Part shown: positions 34,295 through 48,100 of the stretch, in pieces
Layout of the letters: every line of letters begins with the position of its first letter
Numbering within the stretch: position 1 is the first letter of the stretch
Source: Octopus bimaculoides
Lineage: Eukaryota
NCBI RefSeq assembly: GCF_001194135.2
Contig: NC_068981.1
Location: forward strand, 182,408,921 to 182,472,920
DNA length: 64,000 bases
Direction of reading: 5' to 3'
Translations under genes and position numbers: made by a program
Notes under the pieces: generated by a model
Databases searched by the model: none
Told to the model about the DNA's origin: nothing
The model's input: only the letters and a program-made list of their open reading frames with translations

Positions 34295-35480
34295 GGCAAC
34301 ACCTGACCATATATATCACAACCTTTGTACCTCTCTCTGCGACAACAACGGTGAACAGGTGTGGTCACCGTTTGTGAGGTGCGCTTTCCTGCAGCTCGTC
34401 TCCATGACCAAACTACAGTCATGGATCAAAAAGAGGCTGAGGAAAGGCGAATGGCACTGCGAGTGTCGTGTTGCTCTCGAGCAACTATGCCGTCCTGGGT
34501 TGACTTTGAATGACTGCACCACCACAAAAGCATTCTATAGGGGATTAGTGGAAGGGTGGTATGACGATGATCTCGGGACAAACCAAGGCATCGACAAGGA
34601 ATACCTGACCCGCCTGTTCAAGACGATTTTTGTGCCAGGACCTATGGACACTTCCAGAGATCCCTGGCCTGGCAGCTATCAAGAAGCACTACCCATTCAG
34701 GATAAGCTCTACAGGCATTGCTTGAGAAACACTGGGCCGACCTACCCAAGATGCAGTCAGAGTGATGAAACCATTCTGCACACACTCGTACAGTGTCCAA
34801 CCATTTCTGACCTGTGGGCCTATGTCGAACGACTGCTATTGTGTGTGAGACGAGTCGGTTTATCAGCCGAGTCTATCGTCAATATTGTCACGCCTCCTTC
34901 CTTCAGACGGGAAGGAAGAGCCATTTTCATCGTACTTGTGACTATGGCAAAAAAATGTGTATGGTGGAATCGTCTGAATGAGGACAAACACTTGCCTCTC
35001 TGATCAATCTCTCATCAACTTCTTCAAGTATCACGTGAAGAGGAAGGTGAGAGTGGAGAGGGACGTTTTGTCTAGTGAATGTTTCAATAAAAGATGGGTG
35101 AATGTAGCAAGGATGGCACATGTGAATGACAGAGCCACCTTGAGCATAATCCTATGAGCCAGAAGAAGAAAGGAAAAAAAGAGAGTCACTTACTGTAATG
35201 TATGTTTTTGCATGACATTATTATTGTCCAAGGTTACCATGGTCTTTTCCGTAGGCTTTTCTTTCCATGGATAAAACTAATCTGTTTTCTTTTTTACATT
35301 TATGACATTTCTGTGATACATGATCCCTATTGATCACCGTTTTCTCTTTTTTTTTTTTTCCACGATCCCTTTTGATTGAAATTTTATCCTTCTTTTATTA
35401 TTTTTTTTTCCCCAAAAAGAAAAGCTCTACATTGTATTTTGTCCCCTATGTGTTCGACCCTGTATGACTAATAAAGAAAC
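34295..35480 (+). mobile_element. Tx1/L1-type non-LTR retrotransposon 3' fragment
   Basis: ORF 34293-35003 with a decayed CCHC knuckle (YPRCSQSDETILHTLVQCPTISDLW) and a frameshifted continuation to TGA at 35155-35157; T-rich UTR; AATAAA at 35470; then (TCTA)n. Confidence 0.78.
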
Positions 35481-35492
35481 ATATGTGTCTAT

Positions 35493-35546
<54 letters not shown>

Positions 35547-36629
35547 CTACCTACCTACCTACCTACGTATGTATGTATGTATGTATCTATCTATCATCAT
35601 CATCATCGTTTAACCTCCACCTTCCATGCTAGCATGGGTTGGGTGATTTGACTGAGGACTGGCGAACCAGATGGCTGTACCAGGTTCCAATCTGATCTGG
35701 CAGAGTTTCTACAGCTGGATGCCCTTCATACATATAAACACAACTTAATAGAAAATACAAATTTGTGTAGATACCTTGTGGTGTTAATGTTTTTTTATTA
35801 TTTACAACCATATATGTGTAGACAAACAAAAGAATGTGGCTCTCAACATATTTGATAGATACAAAAATGACTTAATATCAGTTTCATTCGGTTCCATGCA
35901 ACTTAAATTTTGGTAAGCTCATTGAATAAATATATCTCGTCAGGCTCATTTCGTGCCTATATGTTTGTGTGTGTGTAATATATATATATATANNNNNNNN
36001 NNNNNNNNNNNNNNNNNNNNNNNNNNNNNNNNNNNNNNNNNNNNNNNNNNNNNNNNNNNNNNNNNNNNNNNNNNNNNNNNNNNNNNNNNNNNNNNNNNNN
36101 NNNNNNNNNNNNNNNNNNNNNNNNNNNNNNNNNNNNNNNNNNNNNNNNNNNNNNNNNNNNNNNNNNNNNNNNNNNNNNNNNNNNNNNNNNNNNNNNNNNN
36201 NNNNNNNNNNNNNNNNNNNNNNNNNNNNNNNNNNNNNNNNNNTATATATAGGGTTATGTATATATATATATAGGGTAATGGTTAAAAACTCCCTTTGGTC
36301 ATGAATGACTATGGGATTGCACCTAGAAAATTACCCTTTGAGGAACAAGTTCGGGCAAAGTTGTCGATGGAAGACCAGCAGTCACACATGCATACCAGTC
36401 TCCCCTTTCCACGCCACTGATATTATCCAAGGGAAAGGCAAAGCCTGATACAGCTTGGCATCAGTGACGTCGCAACTCATTTCTACAGCTGAGTGAACTG
36501 GAGCAACGTGAAATGAAGTGTCTCGCTCAAGAACTCAACACACAGTTTGGTCCATGAACCAAACTCACTATCTCATGATTGTGAGCATGACACTCTAACC
36601 ACTGAGCCATGTGACATATATATATGTAT

Positions 36630-37640
36630 AGGAAGCATCAGATGTGGTGTGTGAGAGAGACGACTGCACTGGTATGGTCATGTGTTGCGAATGCATGAGG
36701 ACAGCTGTGTGAAAAAGTGTCACACCCTAATAGTTGAGGGAACCTGTGGAAGAGGTAGACCCAGGAAAACTTTGGATGAGGTGGTGAAGCACGACCTTCG
36801 AACATTGGGCCTTACCGAGGCAATTACTTGTGACCAGGACCTTTGGAGATATGCCTTGCTTGAGAAGACCCGACAAGCCAAGTGAGACCATAGCCCATGG
36901 CCTAAGCCAGTGGGTGTAACTGCCCCACTTATGAGTACCCCTCATTCATTGGACAATAAACTTTGCTTGCAAAGACCTATTGAGGCAAGTGAAATCAAAA
37001 TCAAAATCGCTGACATGGCCAATGACAGTACCACCTGATTGGCACTCCTGCCAGTAGAATGTTAAAAGCACATTCGAATGTGGGGTGTAACTGGTCCACT
37101 TATGAGTACCCCTCGTTCATTGGACAATGAACTTTACTTGTAAGTGTAAGTAAATCAAAATTGCTGACATGGCTGATGACAGTACTGCCTCATTGGCACA
37201 AGTGCCAGTGGAACGTTAAAAGCACATCTGAGCGTGATCATTGCCAGGGCCATGGATTGGCTTCCATGCTGGTGACATGTGAAAAGCACCATCCAAGCGT
37301 GATTCTTACCAGCATTGCCTTACTGGCACATGTGCTGGTGGCACATGAAAAACAGCATTCGAGCATGGTCATTGCCAGTGCCACTGGACTGGCTCCTGTG
37401 CAGGTAGCACATAAAAACACCTTTGAGCATGGTCGTTGCTAGAACCGTCTGACTAGCCCTGCCGGTGGCACGTAAAAGCACCCACTACACTCTCGGAGTG
37501 TTTGGCATTAGGAATGGTATCCAGCTGTAGAAACTTTGCCAGATCAGATTGAGCTTGGTGCAGCCTCTGGCTCACCAGTCCTCAGTCAAATCGTCCAACC
37601 CATACCAGCATGGAAAGCGGATGTTAAACAATGATGATGA

Positions 37641-37645
<5 letters not shown>
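36630..37645 (+). mobile_element. RTE-clade LINE 3' end: ORF2 C-terminus, 3' UTR and (GAT)n tail
   Basis: LRMHEDSCVKKCHTLIVEGTCGRGRPRKTLDEVVKHDLRTLGLTEAITCDQDLWRYALLEKTRQAK*, then the tail seen throughout the window. Confidence 0.88.
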
Positions 37646-37691
<46 letters not shown>

Positions 37692-38192
37692 TATATCTAT
37701 CAAAAGGATCAAAAGTCTTTCCCAAGCCATAGGCTCATCAGGCCAGATTCCCAGATTCTGCAGCTTGTATAATCCCCCACTGGATGGGACTATAGTCTGT
37801 CCCAGGATTATACATTTGTATCAGCTGAGTGGAGTGGATCAATGAGAAATAAGTGCTTTGCTTAAGAACACAATGCATCACCCAGTCCAGGAATTTAAAC
37901 CACAATCTTACGATCACAAGTGCAACACCCTAACCACTAAGCCATGCACCTTTGCACCCCACCCCGCATGCTCACACAATGACTTTCTGCACAGTTTCTT
38001 TTGACCAAGTTCCACTCCAAAGGCTTTTAGTCAATCTGATGGAGCAGTAGTAGGAGACTCTTCTGCAAGGTGTCCCCTCTGTGGGACTGAACCTGAAACT
38101 TCTTATCCACACAAATGTGCTTTCCCCATAATTAGTAACATGATTTTATTCCAGGTTTTGGAATTTTGTTTTCCTTTTGATTGCAGTAAGGC

Positions 38193-38293
38193 ATGCAAAA
38201 GCAAAGAGGTGAACGTGGGAAACAAGCACAAGCTGCACATCAAGTTGTTGTGCTGCCTGAGATTGTTCCTGGGAAACTCACTGAACAGCATTG
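38193..38293 (+). CDS. C2orf81: C2orf81-like coding exon 1
   Basis: Acceptor TTGCAG ending 38186, TAA-GGC-ATG, donor TG|GTAGGT; MQKQRGERGKQAQAAHQVVVLPEIVPGKLTEQHW. Confidence 0.85.
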
Positions 38294-39414
38294 GTAGGTA
38301 CCATTGTTATAACTTTTTTGCTTGTCTAAATGTAATGCACTAAGTTCTTTGACTTCTCTGGCCATTGAATACATAAAAGCTTTGATGTCTAGCAGCTGAC
38401 TTGGTAGCATCTCACAAGATAATTTATCATCACCTTTTTGAATTCAATATCTCTGCCAGCTGAAAGGCAGCAAACTGGCAGAATTGTTAGCACATTGGGC
38501 AAAATGCTTAGCGGCATTTCATCCATCTTTATGTGCTGAGTTCAAATTCTGCTAAGGTCAAGCTTTGCCTTTCATCTCTTTTCAGGGTTGATAAAATAAG
38601 CATCTGTCAAGTACTGGAGTCAATGAAACTACCTTGCACTCTCCCCACAAATTTCCAGGCCTTGTGCCTGTAGTAGAAAGGATTATTATGATTAATATTA
38701 TTGTTATTATTATTATTACACACAGGCAGTGAGCTGGCTGAATTGTTAGTGCGCTGGGCGAAATGGTTGCTGGTATTTTGCCCATTATTACATTCTGAGT
38801 TCAAATTCCACCAAGGTCAACTTTGACTTTTGTCCTTTTGGAGTCGATTAAATAAGTACCAGTTATGCACTGGGGGACTGATTTAATTGACTTAATCCCC
38901 TCCCCCAAGCTTACCTTGTGGCAAAAAATTAAAATCATTATCATTATTATTACTATAGATGTCGCACAGTATACAATATCGTGAAGTTGTTGATTGAAGA
39001 TATTGTGTCTACCGGGGTTTTATACTGTTTGTCAAGTCACAACAAGGACTTCAGACAGACAGTACTTTACGCAATATGCGTGCAGTTCCAAGTAGTGCCG
39101 ACGTTTGCAATACATCTTGATTGTAGGTTATTTCTAAGGTTTTCGGATGTTTTTGCAGATTGGGGGGTATTGAACACAATGCTCCGATGACAATAATGAT
39201 AACCTTTATGTCTGACTCTCGTAGCTGCCACATCTTAGCGATCTCAATTCTCAGGTCACCATATTTATCAACTTTTTCTCTTTCTTTCATGATGATATGT
39301 TGACCCCCAGGCACTGCTACGTCGATTATTAGGCACTCTTGTTTGTCCCTCCTAAAGGTTACTATATCCAGTCTTCGGTGCTCTAACACTTTGTCTGTCT
39401 GGAAATCAAAGTCC

Positions 39415-39463
<49 letters not shown>

Positions 39464-40890
39464 GTCGTCGTCGTTATTAAGGCGGAAAGATGGTAGGGTG
39501 AAATGCTTAGCAGTATTTCATCTGGCACTACGTTCTGAGTTCAAATTCTGGCAAGGTTGACTTTGCCTTACATCCTTTCAGGGTTGATAAATTAAGTACC
39601 AGTTGTAGTGTACTGGAGGTCAATCCAATCAACTTGCCCCCTCCCCCCAAATTTCAGGCCTTGTGCCTATAGTAGAAAGGATTATTATTATTATTATTAT
39701 TATTGAGTGAGAAAGCAGTGCATGCCATCAAAGTGACACTGGGGTAAAATATACGAAGCCCAGTATATCCATCATGACTATTCGTCTGATAAGGGTACGC
39801 CAAGTACATGCATAACAACCATATGTGTGCGACATGGTGATCTCATATCAAGATAGACAGCGCATGACCTTGCAGGTNNNNNNNNNNNNNNNNNNNNNNN
39901 NNNNNNNNNNNNNNNNNNNNNNNNNNNNNNNNNNNNNNNNNNGTTTGTTTAAGGATGTTGAGCAAAACACCCATGTTTCCAAAAGTGAATTATTCAAACC
40001 CCAAAGAATTCTTCTCAACACATGGCTATGATGCTCCCCCACTACTTCTGCTCGTAATTAGAGATGCACATATCGTCAGCCACCAAGGGACATGCTCAAC
40101 TGGTTAAGGTCAAACAACTGACAAGCAAATCTGTGGTATTGAGCAGAATATTTGCTGTAGCCCATCTTTTATACCAAGACAAAACAATGTACATGATAAC
40201 ACTTCCAATCAGTTAAGATCAAAAACCAGGGGAGCCACTTCCCAAATAGGTTAATACATTCCATTATCCAAGAATGTGGGTCATATCGTACGCCTTACTA
40301 TAGTTGATCCATGACATGGCTAACTTACTTTTCCTCCTCTTGCAGTCTCTAACTACAGTTTTGTCTATCAGTTGATCCTTGGTACCTCTACACTTACGCT
40401 TGCAAGCCTTCTGCTCATGTGGCAGGACTCCATTTTTTACCAGATGTTCATACATTGACTCTGCAAGTATTCCAGTCAATAACTTCCACATAAGTGGCAA
40501 ACAGGATATCGGCCTGCAATTGTCTACCGTATTGCCTTTTTCGATGTTTTTCAAGCACAGCACTGTTCTACTCAACGTCAACCATTCTGGTGTTACTTGG
40601 TCAGCATTTAACAAGGTGTTGAGTTGCACAGCTATTCGTGCATGACATTCACCAAATCTTTTGATCCAGTAGCCTTGAACTCTGTTTGGTGCCGGGGCCT
40701 TCCAGTTGCTCATTTTTTTGCTGATCTCCTTCACTTCCCTAACTGAAATGACTAGTTCTGCCTGTTTGGGGCAGATTACTGTTTGTTTCAGTTTTTGCAA
40801 CCATTCAGCATCCTTCTTGTGCTCCTTGTCTTTGCTCCAGATGTCACCCCAAAACCTTTGACTGTCAATGTTATCTGGTATCAACTTTTC

Positions 40891-40924
<34 letters not shown>

Positions 40925-41266
40925 ATTACTATTATTATTATTATTATCATTATTATTATTTAACACAGAAAAATGTCTTTCACATCATTTGTAAACATCC
41001 GAGTGATTTCTTTCTAGTTTTTTTTTTCTTTTTCTTTTTTTTCTTTTATTCGCCAGGTTAGAACTACAAGAAGGGTACAAAAATGAAGATTATGCCAGCG
41101 AGATAGTAGAAGACATTGTTAATATTGTGCTTAATAAAGCATATGATATTTACTTGGAACGACAGCTTCTGCCCTATACAGTCAATGCTGCTATAGAAGC
41201 TTTAACATTATTAGTTGAAGTAAACATTTTAATTCTTCACTCATTAAGATCTTAAGCCACACACAT

Positions 41267-41313
<47 letters not shown>

Positions 41314-42122
41314 TAAAGCAAAATTCTACCTGTCTGTCCCCTCTATCTCAATCTACATTTGCTCTACATAGACATATTATACCTTTTTGGAATCAGAATG
41401 ATCCCAGGATTGAAAATCTGCCCATCATTTGGTTCTTGGACATCCACCATGGGATCTGATTCAAACGTATTTGGGTTGCTATTTCTAGCAGGTAAAGCTT
41501 GGCTGCTTCACACCATCCTGGTTGGTGTTTGTCAGATGATGTCAGAGGTCAAGGGAGTGATAAATGACATTCATAAATGACGGTTGAGATAAGAACTTTG
41601 GGACAAATTGGCCAACAGTTGGAATCCATCTTGGGACTGGAACAATAGAATTGCAGAATTAATTCTCATCTGTCCTTAAGGTCTGCTCAAACACCACCAG
41701 GACATGTAGCCATTATAGACGTATTTTAGTTATACTATTTAGTTCACTTTAGTTTTGAGCTGCAGGCCCAATTAGCTGTCAGTGGGAGCTAGCTTAAAAG
41801 TCCACACGGAGTGTAGTTTTTAAGCTAGCATATATATATATATATATATGTATATATNNNNNNNNNNNNNNNNNNNNNNNNNNNNNNNNNNNNNNNNNNN
41901 NNNNNNNNNNNNNNNNNNNNNNNNNNNNNNNNNNNNNNNNNNNNNNNNNNNNNNNNNNNNNNNNNNNNNNNNNNNNNNNNNNNNNNNNNNNNNNNNNNNN
42001 NNNNNNNNNNNNNNNNNNNNNNNNNNNNNNNNNNNNNNNNNNNNNNNNNNNNNNNNNNNNNNNNNNNNNNNNNNNNNNNNNNNNNNNNNNNNNNNNNNNN
42101 NNNNNNNNNNNNNNNNNNNNNN

Positions 42123-42171
<49 letters not shown>

Positions 42172-45100
42172 CATACGTATTTGATTTAAGCTACATACAT
42201 AAAATTAAAGATACATACATACATAAAAATTAAAGGTGCAGGAGTGGCTGTGTGGTAAGTAGCTTGCTTACCAACCACATGGGTCTGGGTTCAGTCCCAC
42301 TGCGTGGCACCTTGGGCAAGTGTCTTCTACTATAGCCTCAGGCCGACCAAAGCCTTGTCAGTGGATTTGGTAGATGGAAACTGAAACAAGCCCGTTGTAT
42401 ATATGTCTGTGTGTCTGTGTGTGTCTGTGTTTGTCCCCCAACATCGCTTGACAACTGATGCTGGTGTGTTTACATCCCCGTAACCTAGCGGTTCGACAAA
42501 AGAGACCGATAGAATAAGTACTAGGCTTCCAAAGAATAAGTCCTGGGGTCGATTTGCGCGACTAAAGGTGGTGCTCCAGCATGGCCGCAGTCAAATGACT
42601 GAAACAAGTAAAAGAGAAAAGAGATTTATTTTAGTTTTTTTTTTTTTTCAGCACAGGTTCTTATAGACTTTAAGTCTTCCCTTAGGGTGCTAAAAAATGT
42701 TCTTTTTTGTTCTAAATAAACACTCAACCTGCTCACTGTACCAGCTGTTTCTCTTTAAATAAACTCCCTGTTTAAGTCTAAAAAGAGGCAACACATGTTA
42801 TAAGTTCTAAATCAATAAAGGAACACCCAGATTACTGAATGAATAAGTCATTGTATGTTTACTTCCATTCCACAACACTACTGAAACAGAATAATGAGAA
42901 ATAACAAGTTGCTGACAATTGTTTTTATAACTAAAATAAGTTTAGAACATAAATTTGTCAAATGCTTTTTTGAAATTAAATGGTTAAAGCGCCAACTATT
43001 AATTTGTGTAATTCTTGTTGTAAAAAATGTCAATATTAAATTAAAATGTCTGCAAGCATGACTTATAGGCACAGATGTGGCTGTGCAGTAAGAAATTTGT
43101 TTTCCAGTCACATAGTTTAGTGTTCAATTTCACTGCACTGCACCTTGGAAAAGTGTCTTCTACTATAGCTATGGGCTGACCAAAGCCTTGTGCCTTGTGA
43201 GTGGATTTGGTAGATGGAAACTGAAAGAAGCTTGTCATCTATATGTGTGTGTGTGTATGTGTTGCTGTCTCCTTGCCTTGACTTCATCTGATACTTGTAA
43301 ACAAGTGTCACTGTCATACAAACACTGTCCTTCATTTGCAATCATCCAGGGAAATATGTCTGGTCATAGGGAAATATTACCTTATTTGGAAACAGGTAAA
43401 GATTGGTGATAGGAAGGGTATCTGGCTATAGAAATTCTGCCTCAAGAAATTCCATCCATCCCATACAAACATGGAAACGTGAATGTTAAAACGGTGATGA
43501 TGATATATAAGGCATATCTTTTCTGCATAGGCTTTCATTTCTAACTAGGGAAGAGTTCTTAAAATGTTTCCCATTCTCTCACAACTCTAGTTTTCAATTT
43601 CCTGCATTAATCATATCATCCAGATCTTTAGTTACATATTTGGCCTGAAATTGTGTGTTGAAACAGATTTTATTGTATTTTGATTAAGTCATATTAACTA
43701 TTTATTAGTTTAGGAGTGGCTGTGTGGTAAGTAGCTTGCTCACCAACCACATGGTTCTGGGTTCAGTCCCACTGTGTGGAAACTTAGGCAAGTGTCTTCT
43801 ACTATAGCCTCAGGCCAACCAAAGCCTTGTGAGTGGATTTGGTAGACGGAAACTGAAAGAAGCCCGTCATATATATGTATATACATGTGTGTGTGTGTCT
43901 GTGTCTGTGTTTGTCCCCCCAACATCGCTTGACAACCGATGCTGGTGTGTTTACATCCCCGTAACCTAGCGGTTCGACAAAAGAGACCAATAGAATAAGT
44001 ACTAGGCTTACAAATAATAAGTCCTGGGGTCGGTTTGCTCGACTAAAAGGCGGTGCTCCAGCATGGCCACTGTCAAATGACTGAAACAAGTAAAAGAGAA
44101 TAAAAGAGAAACAAATAACTTGTAAGTTTATAGAAACAAATTATTTATAATATATCCATATAGAGAACTGCTGATTAACATGAAAAATTAAGTTCACACT
44201 TATTAAGAGCTCAATTAATGAAAGGTTGTTAAACTCCAACATATCATTACATTGCAGTACATCCAGGTAGAAGTAACTTACATGTATGTACATAACAAGC
44301 TAAAATGATCTTACAAAGCAACATATTTAAAATAAACACATGAATTACACATACAGTTTATACTTTAATTTTGCTCAACAACTGTTTCATTAGGAACAAA
44401 CATTATTTATTCCATAATTATATGTAATTTCAATATGTAATTTATTTGAATTAAATTTATTTAAATTAATCTAAAAACTATATTTACCCAATCATCAAGA
44501 GTGAAATATTTAATTAATAAGATGTAATATTTTCCATTTATTTCAGTGGAATTTCCTAAGACGTGATGAATCCCAAGTAAGTCCTACTTTGCAACCTGGT
44601 TGGATTTCAAGTGAAGGTAAAGATCCAAATTTTTATCTTCCCTATTCCACACCCATTTCTTATATTTATATGGGAAGAATATTTTATGTCATAATTTTAT
44701 GCAAGAAACCTTCATTTGTGAAGTTAGGTTAAAATTACCAGCTTAATATAGAAATTATGAAAGATTTAATTATTTGACAAAACTCTTGATTGTTTTTAAA
44801 ATTAATAGAAATATAGAGCAAAGTATTTTTGATAAGAAAATGATTAGTAAATTAGAGATGAATCTCCCTCTGAAAAATGTCAGTCTATCCCAGCTAACAT
44901 TCACAAACTATATGGTACTTATTTACATGAACTAGGAGAACTGAGGCAATGTGAAATTAAGTGTGTGATTGAAATGGTGAATAATCAGCTAAAATAGTAT
45001 TACAAAGCAACATATTTAAAATAAAAAAGAAGAAAAGCTTAAATTCCACACACTGTTTATATTCCAATTTTGAATATTCCAACAGCTGTTTCATTAGGAA

Positions 45101-48100
45101 CAAACATTATTTATTCTGTAATTACATAGAATAGTTAGAACATTGAATAAACACTGTAGTTATTCTGTGAAAAATCAGAAGGGCCAGATCACAAAAGAGC
45201 TATAGTAATTACTTTGTTGTAATACACTTGGCTGTCTGTTTTGAGTTGAAATCCCGTAAAGCTCAGCTTTAGCATTCATCGTTCTGTGACTAATAAATAA
45301 AGTACAAATCAGTTACTGAATTAATTCTTCTTTCTTTTCTCTTGCTTTCATTCTTTCTTCTCTTTCTCTATATATTTCACCTTATGCTTTGCTGCATTGA
45401 AAATTAACCATGCTGCACTGATAGCCTACTGAGAGTCCTGGGGGGACCATACACAATGCCTGCATAGTCAGAAAGAAAGGATAGGGACTCCACTGATATA
45501 ATTTGAATTTCCAAAAGAAAGAGAATGTCAGATGAACAGTCTACCCTCCAGGATTTGGCAGTTGTAGATGATGATTGTAATACAAAATGAAACACCTACA
45601 GCGGTTTGAGTACTCATGGTTAAACTGGTGCTCCTATCACCTACCAATTCAATCATTTCCCCCTCTCAGTCAAAATCTTTCTACATGGTGGAGTGTCAGA
45701 TCAAATACAATACATAAAATACCTTAATACCTTTAGCCTGACTGACCAACTGGTACTCTTTCAGTTACAGCAACACTTGTTTTAGTTAATCCGATCAACA
45801 GAACAACCTGCTCATGAAATTAATGAGCAAGTGGCTGAACACTCCACAGACATACATACCCATAATGTAGTTCTCAGACAGGTTCAGCATGACACAAAAT
45901 GTGATGGAGTTGGCCCTTTTAAATACAGGTACAACTCATTTTTTTCCAGTTGAGTGGACTGGAACAGCATGAAATAAAATGTGTTGTTGAAGGACAAAAA
46001 ACACACTACTGAGAATTGAACTTATGATCTTATCATCATGAGCCGAATACCTTAGCCATTAAGCCATGCACCCTCATAATACTTTAAGAAACCTGCTTCA
46101 CATCCTTCCAGAATTGACTTCACATTATCCTCAGTTCCACTAATATTACTAGTACTAAGGCGGTGAGCTGGCAGAAACGTTAGCACGCCGGGCGAAATGC
46201 TTAGCGGTATTTCGACTGCCGCTACGTTCTGAGTTCAAATTCCACCGAGGTCGACTTTGCCTTTCATCCTTTCGGGGTCGATAAATTAAGCACCAGTTAC
46301 GCACTGGGGTCGATGTAATCGACTTTATCCCTTTGTCTGTCCTTGTTTGTCCTCTCTGTGTTTAGCCACTTGTGGGCAATAAAGAAATAAGAAACGTTAG
46401 CACGCTGGGCACAATGCTTAGTGGTATTTTGTCTGTTTTTACATCTGAGTTCAAATTCTGCCAAGGTCGACTTTGCCTTTCATCATTTTGGGGTCGATAA
46501 ATTAAGGACCTGTTGTGTACTGGGGTTGATCTAATCGACTGACCCCTTCCCCCAAAATTTTGGGCCTTGTGCCTAAAGCAGAAGAGAATATTACCAATAC
46601 TAAGTACCATTAATATACTGGAAAAGTACATGGATGTCTGAATTATTAAAGTCCAAAATAATCAACCATGAAGTTGATAGTTTGTCTCCAGTACTGTACT
46701 GTGGTGTCTGTGGCCCACTTTGCCAGTTAATCCTCAAATAAGCCAATCCAACTAACTCTCAGTCTGTACCAAATGATACAACTAACTGACAACTATAAGA
46801 GGTGGCAGCACTATACAACAGACCAGTGTTTAGCTAACTTGTATAACTGATCTCAGCATTTCATGCGGGTGTGGTTGGAAGATGAGTGTGATCTTATTGT
46901 GTCTCATCTACAAGACAATATGGTTGAACCCTCATTGATAAATACTGCTGATTTCTGAAAGACAAGTTATTGACTAAATGTCCAACAATAGGAAGCTTGA
47001 ATGTAGTCTGGGATTCAATCCCACAACACAATACCTAGCATGGGTGTCTTCAGTTATAACCCTTGAGTCAACTAAAAGCTTGTGAGTAAAATTTGGTGGA
47101 TGAAGGTTGTGTGGAAGCTGGGCCTCCAGTCTGAAGGTAACATGTTCCTTCTCTCTCTCCCTTTCACCTTACTTGGGGCCTTAAAGAAGGTCATTGGCAC
47201 TGTCCCTTCTTTCTCTAAGTGATAAACAAATTTTTTAAAAAAGGGCCCAATCAGTAACATAGCTGGAGGGGGAGTGATGGGAGTGGTTTATCTAGAGTGC
47301 TGTTTTTAAGGCGGCATCATTTTCAGGCCTGCTGTATAAGCCTGTATAGAGGGATAAGGAGGGGAAGGCTGCCCCTAAGTGAAACTCACTTTAGTTAGCT
47401 AGGCTACATGTTCAAATTTATCCTGCATCTTTCTCAACCTTGATCTCTTTCCAATAAGAAATCCTATCGTAAATACATCTTGTGATTTTAATTTACCTTT
47501 TTCTTTTCTTAAACTTCAACTTTTAGAACCCGTGCGACCAGAAATTGATAATTGGGCACCAAGACACTACTGTGAGGAAAGCAGGAAGCTTATTGATAAC
47601 ACAGTTCAAGAGAGTGTCTCTCAAGAAGAAGCAAGAGACATGGAAGCAGCTGCAGTGAAAGAAGAAGCAGCTAATCAGCATGAAGTGCCTGGGTAGTTGT
47701 TGTTGTCGTTTTTGTCTTTTTTTTTTCTGTTGCTTTCGTTTTCATTGATTAGTCTCAAGCAATGCTTGTCAAACAAACCTAAAATATCTTCTCTTCTGCT
47801 CTGATCAAAAGTATTCCAGCTGTCTTTGTTTCTTAAATAAATCTAAAGAAAACAATAATGTGATTGTTTTTTGTTTAGTTCTATCTATTTGTATACACTT
47901 CTTATGATCTCACTAATATTGTCCTTTGCAGTTGTTATTTGATAGTAGAAGAGGAACTCATCGTCATAATCGTTTAACGCCCGCTTTCCATGCTGGCATG
48001 GGTTGGACGATTTGACTGAGGACTGGCGAACCAGATGGCTGCACCAGGCTCTAATCTGATCTGGCAATGTTTCTACAGCTGGATGCTCTTCCTAATGCTA

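Noticed and set aside
34293-35003. 236-aa ORF as a host gene
   Set aside because: It is the C-terminal region of a non-LTR retrotransposon ORF2, with a mutated CCHC knuckle and a frameshift.
39960-40085. CTGACGA...GAAAC on the - strand as a second hammerhead
   Set aside because: The spacing is about 100 nt and the stem I arms do not pair.
41794-42189. YIYI, SLSL, HTHT and X-rich ORFs here and at about 4100, 7930, 35950, 51300, 53400 and 61430
   Set aside because: Translations of dinucleotide microsatellites and N gaps.
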